A DNA stretch of 64,000 nt, taken from Phoronis australis (lineage: Eukaryota > Animalia > Phoronida). Made by a program: the position numbers and the translations under genes. Location of the stretch: the NCBI GenBank assembly GCA_002633005.1, contig NMRA01000254.1, positions 430,436 to 494,435 on the forward strand. The letters run 5' to 3'. Under the pieces are notes generated by a model. The model was given only the letters and a program-made list of their open reading frames with translations. It was not told the DNA's origin and ran no database searches. Of this stretch, positions 36,801 to 44,835 are shown in pieces (positions within the stretch are counted from its first letter, which is position 1; every line of letters begins with the position of its first letter).

Positions 36801-37234
36801 GAGTCGGAAATTAAGAAATATGAGCGCCAAAATCAACTATGTTCCAATCTTCATAATCAAGAAAATTTAATTTCTGCTTGAATTTAAAAGACTGTCCAAA
36901 CTGGAGAATGTCTACTGAAGTAGAATGACGAGTTTAATTTTCAAAATTGTCTGGTTTTGAAGAACTTATGGCAAAATCCGTGAATGAAAATCACACAAAA
37001 AGTAAATTAAAGGGAAATTCCGTTGCTGGAAGATGTCACATCGAATTTTTCCTGCTTTTGGTTGCGGAAAAATATTGCCAATTTTTTAACGAAGATTGAT
37101 ATGACCGCCTGGTTCCTTTGTAGCTTGATCGCGATGAAGTTACTCACATTGGTGAAGAAGATGATGATGACTTGGAAGTTCTCGATGCAGATGACGAGCC
37201 CGACTTCTACTCTCAAGTCCACATGCCTATATAA
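9784..37234 (+). CDS. SLC4A2: SLC4 anion exchanger (AE2/Band 3-like Cl-/HCO3- exchanger, probable co-ortholog of SLC4A1-3); spliced gene span, 22 coding exons, about 1341 aa
   Basis: Exons join with GT-AG sites and matching phases (sum 4026 nt). Family motifs: EVFVELDEL...[16 protein letters not shown]...[145 protein letters not shown]-terminal LDADD...VHMPI*. Confidence 0.95.
11000..11219 (+). CDS. SLC4 exon 2
   Basis: ttccAG|GGC ... GAGA|GTGAGC; GFKQDESRV...HHIDEDDYE; phase 0 to 1. Confidence 0.8.
12007..12140 (+). CDS. SLC4 exon 3
   Basis: catcAG|GT ... GGA|GTGAGT; (S)[14 protein letters not shown] resembles the AE2 N-terminal HIHHPL motif; phase 1 to 0. Confidence 0.85.
13128..13515 (+). 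CDS. SLC4 exon 4
   Basis: tttcAG|GAT ... ATAG|GTACT; open frame DEVDGKHLQ...VKFHI; phase 0 to 1. Confidence 0.8.
13804..13990. mobile_element. short inverted-repeat element (MITE-like)
   Basis: AGTGTGCCTCTTTTTTGGTTTTAAAAACAA pairs imperfectly with TTGTTTTTTGAAACCTAAAAAGAGGCTCACT. Confidence 0.45.
14105..14213 (+). CDS. SLC4 exon 5
   Basis: ctacAG|GT ... GAAA|GTGGGT; phase 1 to 2 is what the next exon requires. Confidence 0.7.
14485..14663 (+). CDS. SLC4 exon 6 (His-rich)
   Basis: tttgtAG|C ... GCAA|GTAAGA; [19 protein letters not shown]...[19 protein letters not shown]; phase 2 to 1. Confidence 0.88.
15177..15618. mobile_element. foldback/MITE-like inverted repeat with ~200-bp arms
   Basis: Left CAAGGTACCTAAACTACA...AAACACGGGTCAC (to ~15387) pairs with right GTGACCCGTGTTT...TGTAGTTTAGGTACCTTG (from 15431); internal CACGGACTCA-like subrepeats; spacer about 45 bp. 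Confidence 0.8.
16263..16598 (+). CDS. SLC4 exon 7 (start of Band 3 cytoplasmic domain)
   Basis: ttccAG|GT ... CAAG|GTGAGT; [38 protein letters not shown]; phase 1 to 1. Confidence 0.95.
16515..16960 (+). repeat. decaying tandem copies of the exon 7 3' end and donor
   Basis: TGGC.TCGCTGTCTTTCCA...TTGGAGTTGAG...AAGGTGAGTGA repeated at ~16545, ~16655, ~16772 and partly ~16868. Confidence 0.8.
17465..17600 (+). CDS. SLC4 exon 8
   Basis: ttgtAG|GC ... ATAC|GTAAGT; GSVMLDLDA...VQKVLLLKH; phase 1 to 2. Confidence 0.92.
17970..18047 (+). CDS. SLC4 exon 9
   Basis: cttccAG|G ... GCAA|GTGAGC; [25 protein letters not shown]; phase 2 to 2. Confidence 0.75.
18844..19012 (+). CDS. SLC4 exon 10
   Basis: ttccAG|A ... 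TAAG|GTAGAC; [12 protein letters not shown]...GPTAK; phase 2 to 0. Confidence 0.75.
19102..19290. repeat. CpG-rich CCGAC/GTCGG palindromic repeat, probably a transposon end, next to the gap
   Basis: Dense GCCGACC/GGTCGGC units in both orientations just before the N-run. Confidence 0.55.
19334..19776. other. assembly gap (N-run) in SLC4 intron 10
   Basis: Run of Ns; could hide an additional frame-preserving exon. Confidence 0.99.
22452..22760 (+). CDS. SLC4 exon 11
   Basis: ttttcAG|ATG ... TACG|GTAACT; [19 protein letters not shown]...[17 protein letters not shown]...[13 protein letters not shown]; phase 0 to 0. Confidence 0.95.
23040..23223 (+). CDS. SLC4 exon 12
   Basis: aacAG|CGA ... GAAG|GTAAGG; [34 protein letters not shown]; phase 0 to 1. 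Confidence 0.95.
23904..23924 (+). CDS. candidate 21-nt SLC4 microexon ((A)EQEKLR)
   Basis: gtcAG|CCGAGCAAGAGAAATTAAGAG|GTAAAG; symmetric phase 1-1, no stop; continues the charged KKKELE helix; TGCATG at 23943-23948. Confidence 0.55.
24808..24903. repeat. 47-bp tandem duplication
   Basis: TGTTATTTGACCATAATATATTATTTGATTGTTG.GTCAACTCTC occurs twice in a row. Confidence 0.9.
25818..26027 (+). CDS. SLC4 exon 13 (start of membrane domain)
   Basis: caaaAG|CA ... ATGG|GTAAGC; [31 protein letters not shown]...[10 protein letters not shown]; phase 1 to 1. Confidence 0.95.
26169..26816. mobile_element. possible old hAT-like non-autonomous element
   Basis: 10-bp perfect TIR CAGTGCTTGA / TCAAGCACTG; GGTCGC/GGTTGCC/GGTGAC subterminal motifs at both ends; no TSD seen. 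Confidence 0.45.
28003..28151 (+). CDS. SLC4 exon 14
   Basis: ttccAG|GG ... CAAG|GTTTGT; GVSEMIMS...[20 protein letters not shown]; phase 1 to 0. Confidence 0.95.
28852..29046 (+). CDS. SLC4 exon 15
   Basis: tttcAG|TTT ... TGGT|GTAAGT; RVWIGAW...[26 protein letters not shown]; phase 0 to 0. Confidence 0.95.
29132..30590 (+). mobile_element. Helentron-associated non-autonomous element (DINE-1/HINE-like) with central tandem repeats
   Basis: T-run, 5' subTIR ATGCGCCCAC (29137-29146) with nearby inverted partial copy GTGGGTGCAT (29157-29166), GTCY-rich tract, ~140-bp central repeats, 3' subTIR GTGGGCGCAT (30557-30566), short stem-loop CAATGC-TCC-GCGTTG (30569-30583), T-run. Confidence 0.75.
31310..31543 (+). 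CDS. SLC4 exon 16 (extracellular loop, N-glycosylation sequons)
   Basis: ttatAG|ATC ... AACG|GTGTGT; [34 protein letters not shown]; phase 0 to 0. Confidence 0.92.
32048..32137 (+). CDS. SLC4 exon 17
   Basis: ttccAG|GCA ... TCAG|GTATGT; [21 protein letters not shown]...YTQ; phase 0 to 0. Confidence 0.95.
32615..32784 (+). CDS. SLC4 exon 18
   Basis: ttccAG|AAA ... CCGG|GTAGGT; KLNVP...RGWIINPMG...[16 protein letters not shown]; phase 0 to 2. Confidence 0.95.
33514..33767 (+). CDS. SLC4 exon 19
   Basis: ttacAG|A ... GTTG|GTAAGT; [19 protein letters not shown]...AAVRSISHV...VHEQRVT; phase 2 to 1. Confidence 0.95.
34165..34334 (+). CDS. SLC4 exon 20
   Basis: ttacAG|GT ... ACGA|GTAAGT; [27 protein letters not shown]...PIKHHP; phase 1 to 0. 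Confidence 0.95.
34240..34640 (+). repeat. decaying tandem copies of the exon 20 3' end and donor
   Basis: TGGCTT..TGAGTGGCATTCAGCTG...GGTGGAGC...TGATGCC repeated at ~34242, ~34349, ~34473 and ~34560. Confidence 0.8.
35246..35419 (+). CDS. SLC4 exon 21
   Basis: tttcAG|GTG ... TGAG|GTGAGT; [30 protein letters not shown]; phase 0 to 0. Confidence 0.95.
37124..37234 (+). CDS. SLC4 exon 22 (last coding exon)
   Basis: tttgtAG|CTT; [36 protein letters not shown] then TAA at 37232-37234; resembles the Band 3 tail (...YDEVAMPV). Confidence 0.92.
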   Translation, partial: LDRDEVTHIGEEDDDDLEVLDADDEPDFYSQVHMPI

Positions 37235-38705
37235 TTTATTTGAGACATTAGGTGATTTTGCTCTGCAGTTGGCTCACTGAGGTTTTATTTACACCTGTCA
37301 GTCTGCAGACTTCAAAAACTGAGTACTGAAAATTTTTCGATCATGTCTGTGATCGTGTCTGTGATGATGAAATTTAATGAAAGAATTTGTCAGTGGGAGT
37401 TCATGCAGTCTAAAAGTAGGAACAACATCCTTCTCTTAAATGAAAAAGTTGTAAACAATTCACTTTTTACTTTTTTCCAAATGGCTTTTGTCTCTCAAAA
37501 GAGGCCAACCTGAATCATGGCGTTTGTACCATGAAGATTCTATGGGCATTTTGTATTTTTTACGCTGTTTTATGTGAGAACACCGTGTGTTGACCTGGTC
37601 TGTGTCTCTCAAATGTAGTCTTGTGGCACCTGTTGGTTTTAGCTAGTCAGTTGGGTGGTATTTTTCTCCGAGTGCGATTGGTTTGTAGACTTGTGATATG
37701 TTGTTGTCATTTGTTGTGGTTTCTTGGTCACAGGGTCGTTCATGAACCACCAACGATATTTTGCTGAGTTTGTTATGTCATGCACTTGATTAGTCTGAGC
37801 ACAGGGGTGTATCTTTGGAAATGACCCTCTGACATAAGCAACGTATAATTAGTGTAGAATGTGATTTGCATCTTCGTGAAGATGAGCAAAGTAGGGCTTA
37901 GTGTGAGCATAATTTTTCATATACTGTGTGCTATTTTCTAGTTGTCATTCATAGCTTGCTTAATAACCTGTTATGTGTTCATGATAACTACGAAACATGG
38001 ACTTCTTTTCATGGTGATCCTCAGAAGGTGCCTCAGCTTGAACAGCTATAAAACAGTTATGCCTTAGCTGCATTGTTCAATGTAATATTACATGTTCGCC
38101 CCTAAGACCATACTTCATATAGTGTTAATTGGGGATTACAAAATTCTATTGGCAAAGCTTAATTTTTAACTTATTTGAGAAATCGATGATCATCTGGCCC
38201 AACCAGAGGTTATCTAAAATAATTGCTTAAAGCAAGTTCTATGTGATATGTTACAAGTTGATATGTTTACTCATGGAGTAAGAAGTGAATTAATTGCTCA
38301 AATGTTCAATGTTCTACTTGAGAATACTTGGGGTTAACACTTGTCTTTTAGTTAGTAAACATATGGGGTTGCTCCAATGAAAATTCCACATATTTAAAGA
38401 ATGATTCTTCTTTTATTTTTTTCATGAAGTTCACTGTTTTGATAATTATGTGTAAAACAATGCATTTGGCATTGAAAAGTATGCATGGTTTGTGAGAAAT
38501 AAGAAAATTTATCAAAGAAATGTCCCTTTAAAGGTTAGGCCCAATGTTAAACATCGTTAAATTATGATTTGGAAAGTTGATTACTTGTATGTAATGGGCA
38601 CACCTCTTCACACCAAGGCACCAACTCACCAGCAGTGTGTACTGTCAATGCACAAAGTAGTGATTTTCAGCAGCTGTCATCAAAAACAGACAACAAATTT
38701 GATTA

Positions 38706-39002
38706 CAGTAAAAATTCTCTAATTTTGGGCAGTCTCTAGAATTTGGTATGTGTAAACTCACGTAAAAATTGAATTTTCTTAATTCTGGAATTTGGGACAA
38801 GGGCGATTTTAGCGTTCACCATCTTTCTCAAATTTCAGACAGTGTGTTTTTGTTACACAAACTTAAGGGGATAATTTTGCCATTTTTCAGGTCATTCTTG
38901 AATTTTGGGCAGCCATTGTTGCCTATTTCTAGAATTCGAGACAAGCTCCTACGTAAAGCAAAATAATTATTTTTTGCTGCCCAAATTGAAGAAGTTTTAC
39001 CG
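38706..39002. mobile_element. Tc1/mariner (pogo-like) MITE
   Basis: TA|CAGTAAAAATTCTCTAATTTTGGGCAG ... CTGCCCAAATTGAAGAAGTTTTACCG|TA: imperfect ~26-bp TIRs with TA on both sides; related copy at ~6341-6595. Confidence 0.7.
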
Positions 39003-39070
39003 TAGTCCATGTGTGTTTGTGGCAGCAGTGGCTACTGGCTGGCTATATCCATTTTTGAGACATCTCTTTG

Positions 39071-39225
39071 AAGTGGCGGATGTAGAAGGGGGCGATGGGC
39101 CCCCTAAAACTCTCCCAGATTCCATTTGGCAGTTCGGGGCCGAATGTCTGACAGGCAAAATCCTGGCTAAAACTCTTCCCTGCCCCCCCCTCCCCTCCTA
39201 ACTAAAAATCCTGGATCTGCCCCTG
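39071..39225 (+). mobile_element. same ~150-bp MITE family
   Basis: AGTGGCGGAT...CCCCCTAAAACTCTCCCAGATTCCATTTGGCAG...AAAATCCTGGATCTGCCCCTG. Confidence 0.7.
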
Positions 39226-41448
39226 CTTTGTTAGCTTAAGCTTGGCATCAAAAAGGCTACCCTATGGGATTGTGTTCAGCTTTGTCCGTATCTGATGTCA
39301 GCAGCTTGTGTGGTTGAACTAGCGTGCTGAGATGATACGAGCAGAGGGTTGGCGGATGCACAAGTTGTATGAACTTATTCATTGCTTGGAGAAGTTGGGA
39401 TGGATTGATACCTTTAAATATGTGAGCTTTAATCATTTGTTCATTTGTTACTCCGCTCATTACAGAAATTGTTTCTGTAAAGTGTCCTTTGTGTGGTCTT
39501 AACATGTGCAGTGTGTCGCAGTATACATGTATGACACACTGGATCAGTACGCCTTATGTCATCAGACAGTAAGGCTTGTGATCCATGCTCGTCTCTGTCA
39601 GACAGAGACTGTGCTTTGTTGTTGCCTAATTAGAATTTGTTTTCAAATGAAGTTTATTTTCAAAATTAATGTGACATTTCTTGGTGATGTAGTCTTCTGA
39701 AAGGGAGCACGTCATGTTAAGCATTGCACTGTTAATTAATTCTTGCCTGTTGATCAATCTCTGACAATTTTAATGAAATTTAATTCTTTTTGTAAGTTCT
39801 GAGTTTCTTGTTGTTGACTTGTTAAATTATGTCAAAAAAAGATTGCTGTCATGTAGTATCTTATTAGGTTTACCATATTTCTGAACTCTTGCTGTTGCTA
39901 TTTTTTTTTTAAAAATACCGTTGCAATGTGTTCCTTTTGTAGTTGTTCTGTATTTTTATTTGACTTGCTTTGGTGATATCTGCAAATGCTGCATTTCTGC
40001 AGTTGTCCTCTATTTATTTGTATCCTACTAACAAATAGTGTCACAAGGTCAAACCATTATGTTCACAACTTTACAGCCTCAGTTGAAGTAGGAACAACAT
40101 GTGTTGTTTTCACGAATTTTATTGGGCAAAAAATTCCAGAAACGTGTTGCCTTTATGTAGAGCCCTATTCACGTTTTGACTTGATAGTAAATTATTATAT
40201 TTGTGAGAAGATTGGAAGATTTTTGTTCGTGTGGTATATGATCCCATCTCTCCAGCTTGTGTTCTAAAACTTAGTTCTTCAAGACTCCACCTTTCTATTT
40301 TTGGTGTTTTTATAAAACATGTGTGCCAGTGCACACTAGTTGCTACTTGTAAAATGTTCTACTTATAGCATAATAGACGCTGTTTAAATTTTAGGATAAT
40401 ATTAAAGAAGACAATTATTATGAATTTGATCATGGCTGTGATGTTAAACGTTTTGCTTTATACGTCGTTTCGGTATTGTAGTGCAACTGGTGTGCTAATT
40501 TTCACTTTTTTCTATTTGCTTTGCAGAAAATGATAGGAACTTTTCGCAGTGTCGTGTGATGACATCTACATTGGAACAAACCAGACTAATTGTATCACAA
40601 AACTTTCTCGAAATGTTTTTATGGAGAAAAGTCACGACAAATGTCACGTGTCTGCCTTGTTCTATGCAAGGCAAAAGTATTCATTCAGACAGAATGACCA
40701 CGAATTCCCCGTCAGTCATGACGACTGAGCAGAAGTGGAATTCATCTTCAGAGTACATGTAGTCTTCACTTGTGACCAGGAATTTTGCAGCCACAATGGG
40801 TATTACCAGTAATTTTTGCTGTTAACAAAATTAGCCGTCATGACGGCCAAACGGTATTTTGTCTATTTACATTTGGCGTGTACTGTGTGATTTCCGTATT
40901 CGTATGTTTTGTGATGAAATTTGTGCCACACAGAGCTTTCTCTACAATTGATTTACATTATGTTTGTTTGAAAGAGTTTATAACGTCATGTTGATTGGTT
41001 AACTGGTTGACTGTTTAATGTGATATCAACGGCTATGCTATCGTGTTCTCCTTTGAATTTGATAATCACAATAAACAAAACTACAAACATGCGCAATTTA
41101 GTACAAACAGGACTTCACTTTCACTACTGTTGGCATCGAGGTGTATTTATTCATTGCACGCCACCTTTGACACTTGATTCTATAGTACATTAACCGCCAA
41201 CTATATTGGCCAAAGCCGTGACCAACACCGTTGGCCGTGAAGTTGGTATTCACAAGCAACGCCTCAGTGTGACTCACGATTTTACTCGCTGTAGGTAAGT
41301 CATCTGCTCACTAACTCCAAATTGGCTCCTCGCCTGGGAATTCAATAAGAAAATTGTTGTGAAAGTGTTGTCTGCAACCCATGAGTTCACCTGTTGTGTA
41401 ATGAGGAAACTGACAAAAGTCATCCATAAGGAGACGTATGTGCTTTAA

Positions 41449-42784
41449 AGGCGATGGCAACCTTTTTCATGTCATTTTTAGCAAAAATAAGGTTCGTTGA
41501 TTATCCCAGACATATTTTTCACTTATTTACTGCTTTTCGTAATTTAATTAATTACTCGTCGTCTACCTCGGAAGTGACGTTTTGGGAGGCAAGAATTTTG
41601 CGCCAATTTCTTTTCATATAGTCTGACTGTGAGAGCAGTCGAGTCAGTCATTGTTTTACCTCTGTTGTGATAAGTTCGGTCGTCGTTTGCTTTTGCTTAC
41701 GAGTCAGTCAACATGCCACGCTATTGCTGCGTACTGGGGTGTACCCATTATCGTCTCACGTACAGACTAGGAAGAACTGTCCCACTTGCTCGAGTGTCCC
41801 GCGACACACTCCCACTGGAGGGTGATCTGAGCACCGAAACTGCTTACATCCCTCCGTGTGACTCCCTCGTCACACACCTGGCACCTTCCAAGTAGCTCTA
41901 ATACAAGTCCACAATAAACTTATCAAACTTAGGCTCACCGATCTATTCATTGGATGACGAAATGTCCTCTTCACTGGGTGTCGAACTGGGCCTGTATTCA
42001 CTCCCACTACTCAACATCGCTGCAGGGCTGCTCACAGGCTCTGCCGGGGCTAGAGACAACAACACAGGACAAATCACTGCTAGTTCCCGGAATTGCACAC
42101 AATGGGGTACGTTCGGAGGCACGCGGGGTGACAGTAGATGAAGTGCCTTCAGTCACTGTATATAGTGGCCACAGCTCGCGAGGCTTCTCGCTTCAAAAAC
42201 GTACTTCTCGGGGATGGCGACGGGGCACTGCCGGGAATCAACAGCGACGGTATGGTACCCTTCTTCAGGCGTTGTTTCGCAGGAACCTTCATCAATTCAG
42301 CGTATATATCTCTGTCGTAAACTGACTGCAGAAAATGCTTGCCACACACTCGGTAATCCTCCTGCTTTGTACTTTGCGTGGACGGGTAGCGCTGCGTTCT
42401 TCACATGAACGAGCTAGTCAAGTACGGCGAAGTGTGTCATCCTTCAGAAAGCGACGCAAGGTACCCAAAGCCCATGTGAGACTATAATGAGTACATACCG
42501 GCACGCAGCAACAGCGTGGTATGTTGACTGACTTGTAAACAAAAGCAAACGACGACCGAACTTATCACAACCGAGGTAGAACAATGACTGACTCGACAGC
42601 TCTCACAGACTATAATGAAAAGAAATAGGCGCGAAACCCTTGCCTCCCAAAACGTCACTTCCGGAGTAGAGGACGAGAAATTAATCAAATTACGAAAAGC
42701 TGTAATTAAGTGAAAAATGTCTCTGGGATAATCAACGAACCTTATTTTTGCTAAAAGTGACATGAAAAAAGGTTGCCTTCGCCT
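41449..42784 (-). mobile_element. Kolobok-type DNA transposon, non-autonomous deletion derivative
   Basis: TTAA on both sides (41445-41448, 42785-42788), AG...CT (RR...YY) termini, about 320-bp imperfect inverted arms, internal decayed THAP and CxxC...C-xx-GH coding remnants. Confidence 0.85.
41780..42522 (-). pseudogene. decayed THAP-domain transposase N-terminus
   Basis: (ATA)PRCCCVPVCT...RRFLKDDTLRRT*LAR...[frameshift]VCGKHF...LKKGTIPSL is a C2CH THAP fold with Trp changed to TGA. Further on: KFIVDL / LELLGRCQVC / FGAQITLQWECVAGHSSKWDSS with frameshifts. Confidence 0.8.
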
Positions 42785-44719
42785 TTAACATGTCACTGAA
42801 ACTAAACACTTGCCTAGTATGGTTGACAGCGTCTGCAGTTATTGTTCAGAACTATTTCTGGTCATTTGGAGCATTACGGTAGTACAACCGTGGTCTATGA
42901 ATTTATCTCCACCAACAGAGCAATGGTTTCGTCTGGTGCCGGTTCGAGTCCGCGATGCGGATGATCTCAGAAAACCACTTTTCTGATAGATTTGCACTAC
43001 GTAAAATAAACTTACGCCGTTGTTACTGATGATACTGTCTCGTGAAAATTGTCGGTCGAGCCACTTAATTGTCATATGCTTAAAGGTTCGCGTACTAGTT
43101 TTGATTTCTAGCCTAGTTTTATGGAAAGATAGATTCTGCGACAGTCTTCTCCGAAAAGCTCGTAAATTACTACGTGCTTTTCATTCTGTGGAGATAAAGT
43201 TCATTTTTGCAACAGTTTTTCACTCGAAGCTGCTAGTCCAGAGATCGTGGGAGTTGACCTCAAACTGATACGGAGGAGAAATTGGTCACCAGCTAAGGGA
43301 GGCATGGCAACCAAATTGGGGGTTCTAATAACAACCATTGTTGAGACATTTATTGCTATGCTAGCTATTACCTTTCCTATTCATTAGCTCCGATCTACGT
43401 CAATACAAAGAGCGTGCTGAAAAGGCATCCTAAAAGTTGTCTAGGGCTAAGTGAATCTGAGCGGTGACCAGTGGAAGCGAGAAATTCTCTATACATGAAT
43501 GATGAATTAAATGTCAAGTCATTATGTAGTACTTTCTGTTGATCATTTCCTGTGGTAAACCTGCAAATACAATATTTGGATATCTAACTTTTGATTTCCT
43601 AATTTTAAAACCAAAAGCAGTATGCCTCGGCAAATTTTAAAATCTTTCTCAACACACGTATTCGTGTTCTTAGACGCATGTCAATTTCGTGTTATACTGG
43701 GACGATGACTGTAACGTAGCAAGCTATATCACTTGGTATTAAGGAGGATTGCGGTGTTCAATGTGCATCACAAATTTTAAGCTTTTGTTCAGGAAACAGC
43801 GAACCTGACGTCATTGAAAATTAAAAACGAAAACACAACATTATAACATTATTAATATCAAGTTACTCGCGATAAAAAAATAATTAATTTCAATTCTACC
43901 AAACGATGCCCTTTCAACATGAGAACAGGTCAATTGTTTGAAGATAATACAGATTAGGTGTCTAGTGTACTTGTACTGCTAATGCAGAAACCCAGGGTGC
44001 CCAACTTGATTTCTGGGATGTGGCTTTACTGTAATGTGGAATATTAATACTATTCCGAGATTCACCAAGTTTGTTTTATAGCGTGTAGACGTGAACTTGA
44101 GCACCACAATTGGCTGGTATCGCACAACGTAAAATTTTGGCACCAAACGCAACCAGTTGTGCAATTCCAATGCAGAATGGAAATTGGGATTTTTCAAATT
44201 TCGGTGTTCTAGGTGGAACAGCTTATCTATATTTTTGCAATGGATGTACATGTAGAACTCGGTTTGGACACATGGTGCAGTAGTGGTGCTCGTTCTGTGG
44301 AGCATGCGCAGGCTGTAAAACAGTACATGTACTTGTGCAGAGTCTGAAAAAAACATTCGCCGTTTGTCTGCAAGTAGAGTCAACTATGGCATTTTCCCTA
44401 ATTTCAAAACATATTTAGGATTCCAGAAATACGAAAAGCACTTCTACTTCTTTAGTAAAATCAGTTCTGGTGTCTATATTTTAAAATTTTGTAAGCAGTT
44501 TCGGGACAAGTTGTGTTCAATATTGTTCACGATAGGAAAGCTTGACCCTTCTGGACACGATTTAAAGGATCACGTTTGCCGTTTTAGGAATATCACAACA
44601 GTTTGCTCTTTGGAATATACAATGTATGGTTTGGCCCCCTTGGTCAATACTGCTTGCTACTACTGCAACTGTCCACAGACACACTAGGCCTACCTGTAGC
44701 TATAGGCTCTTCGGTTCAC

Positions 44720-44835
44720 TTAAATGCCATCCAAACGATCAAGCACTTCGGTAACAGAAGGTCTTTTACTTTTGTCTTCCGACGCCATTTCATCAGCCAA
44801 CTGTTTAATTCGTTGATCTCTTTTTTGGCCATTGT
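44720..44835 (-). CDS. kinase exon 4 (subdomain XI, stop)
   Basis: gactAG|AC; (D)NGQKRDQRIKQLADEMASEDKSKRPSVTEVLDRLDGI*; phase 1 matches exon 3. Confidence 0.8.

Noticed and set aside
41713-41895. + strand ORF MPRYCCVLGC as a standalone THAP gene
   Set aside because: Only the first ~16-20 codons are THAP-like; it is the inverted arm of the Kolobok element.
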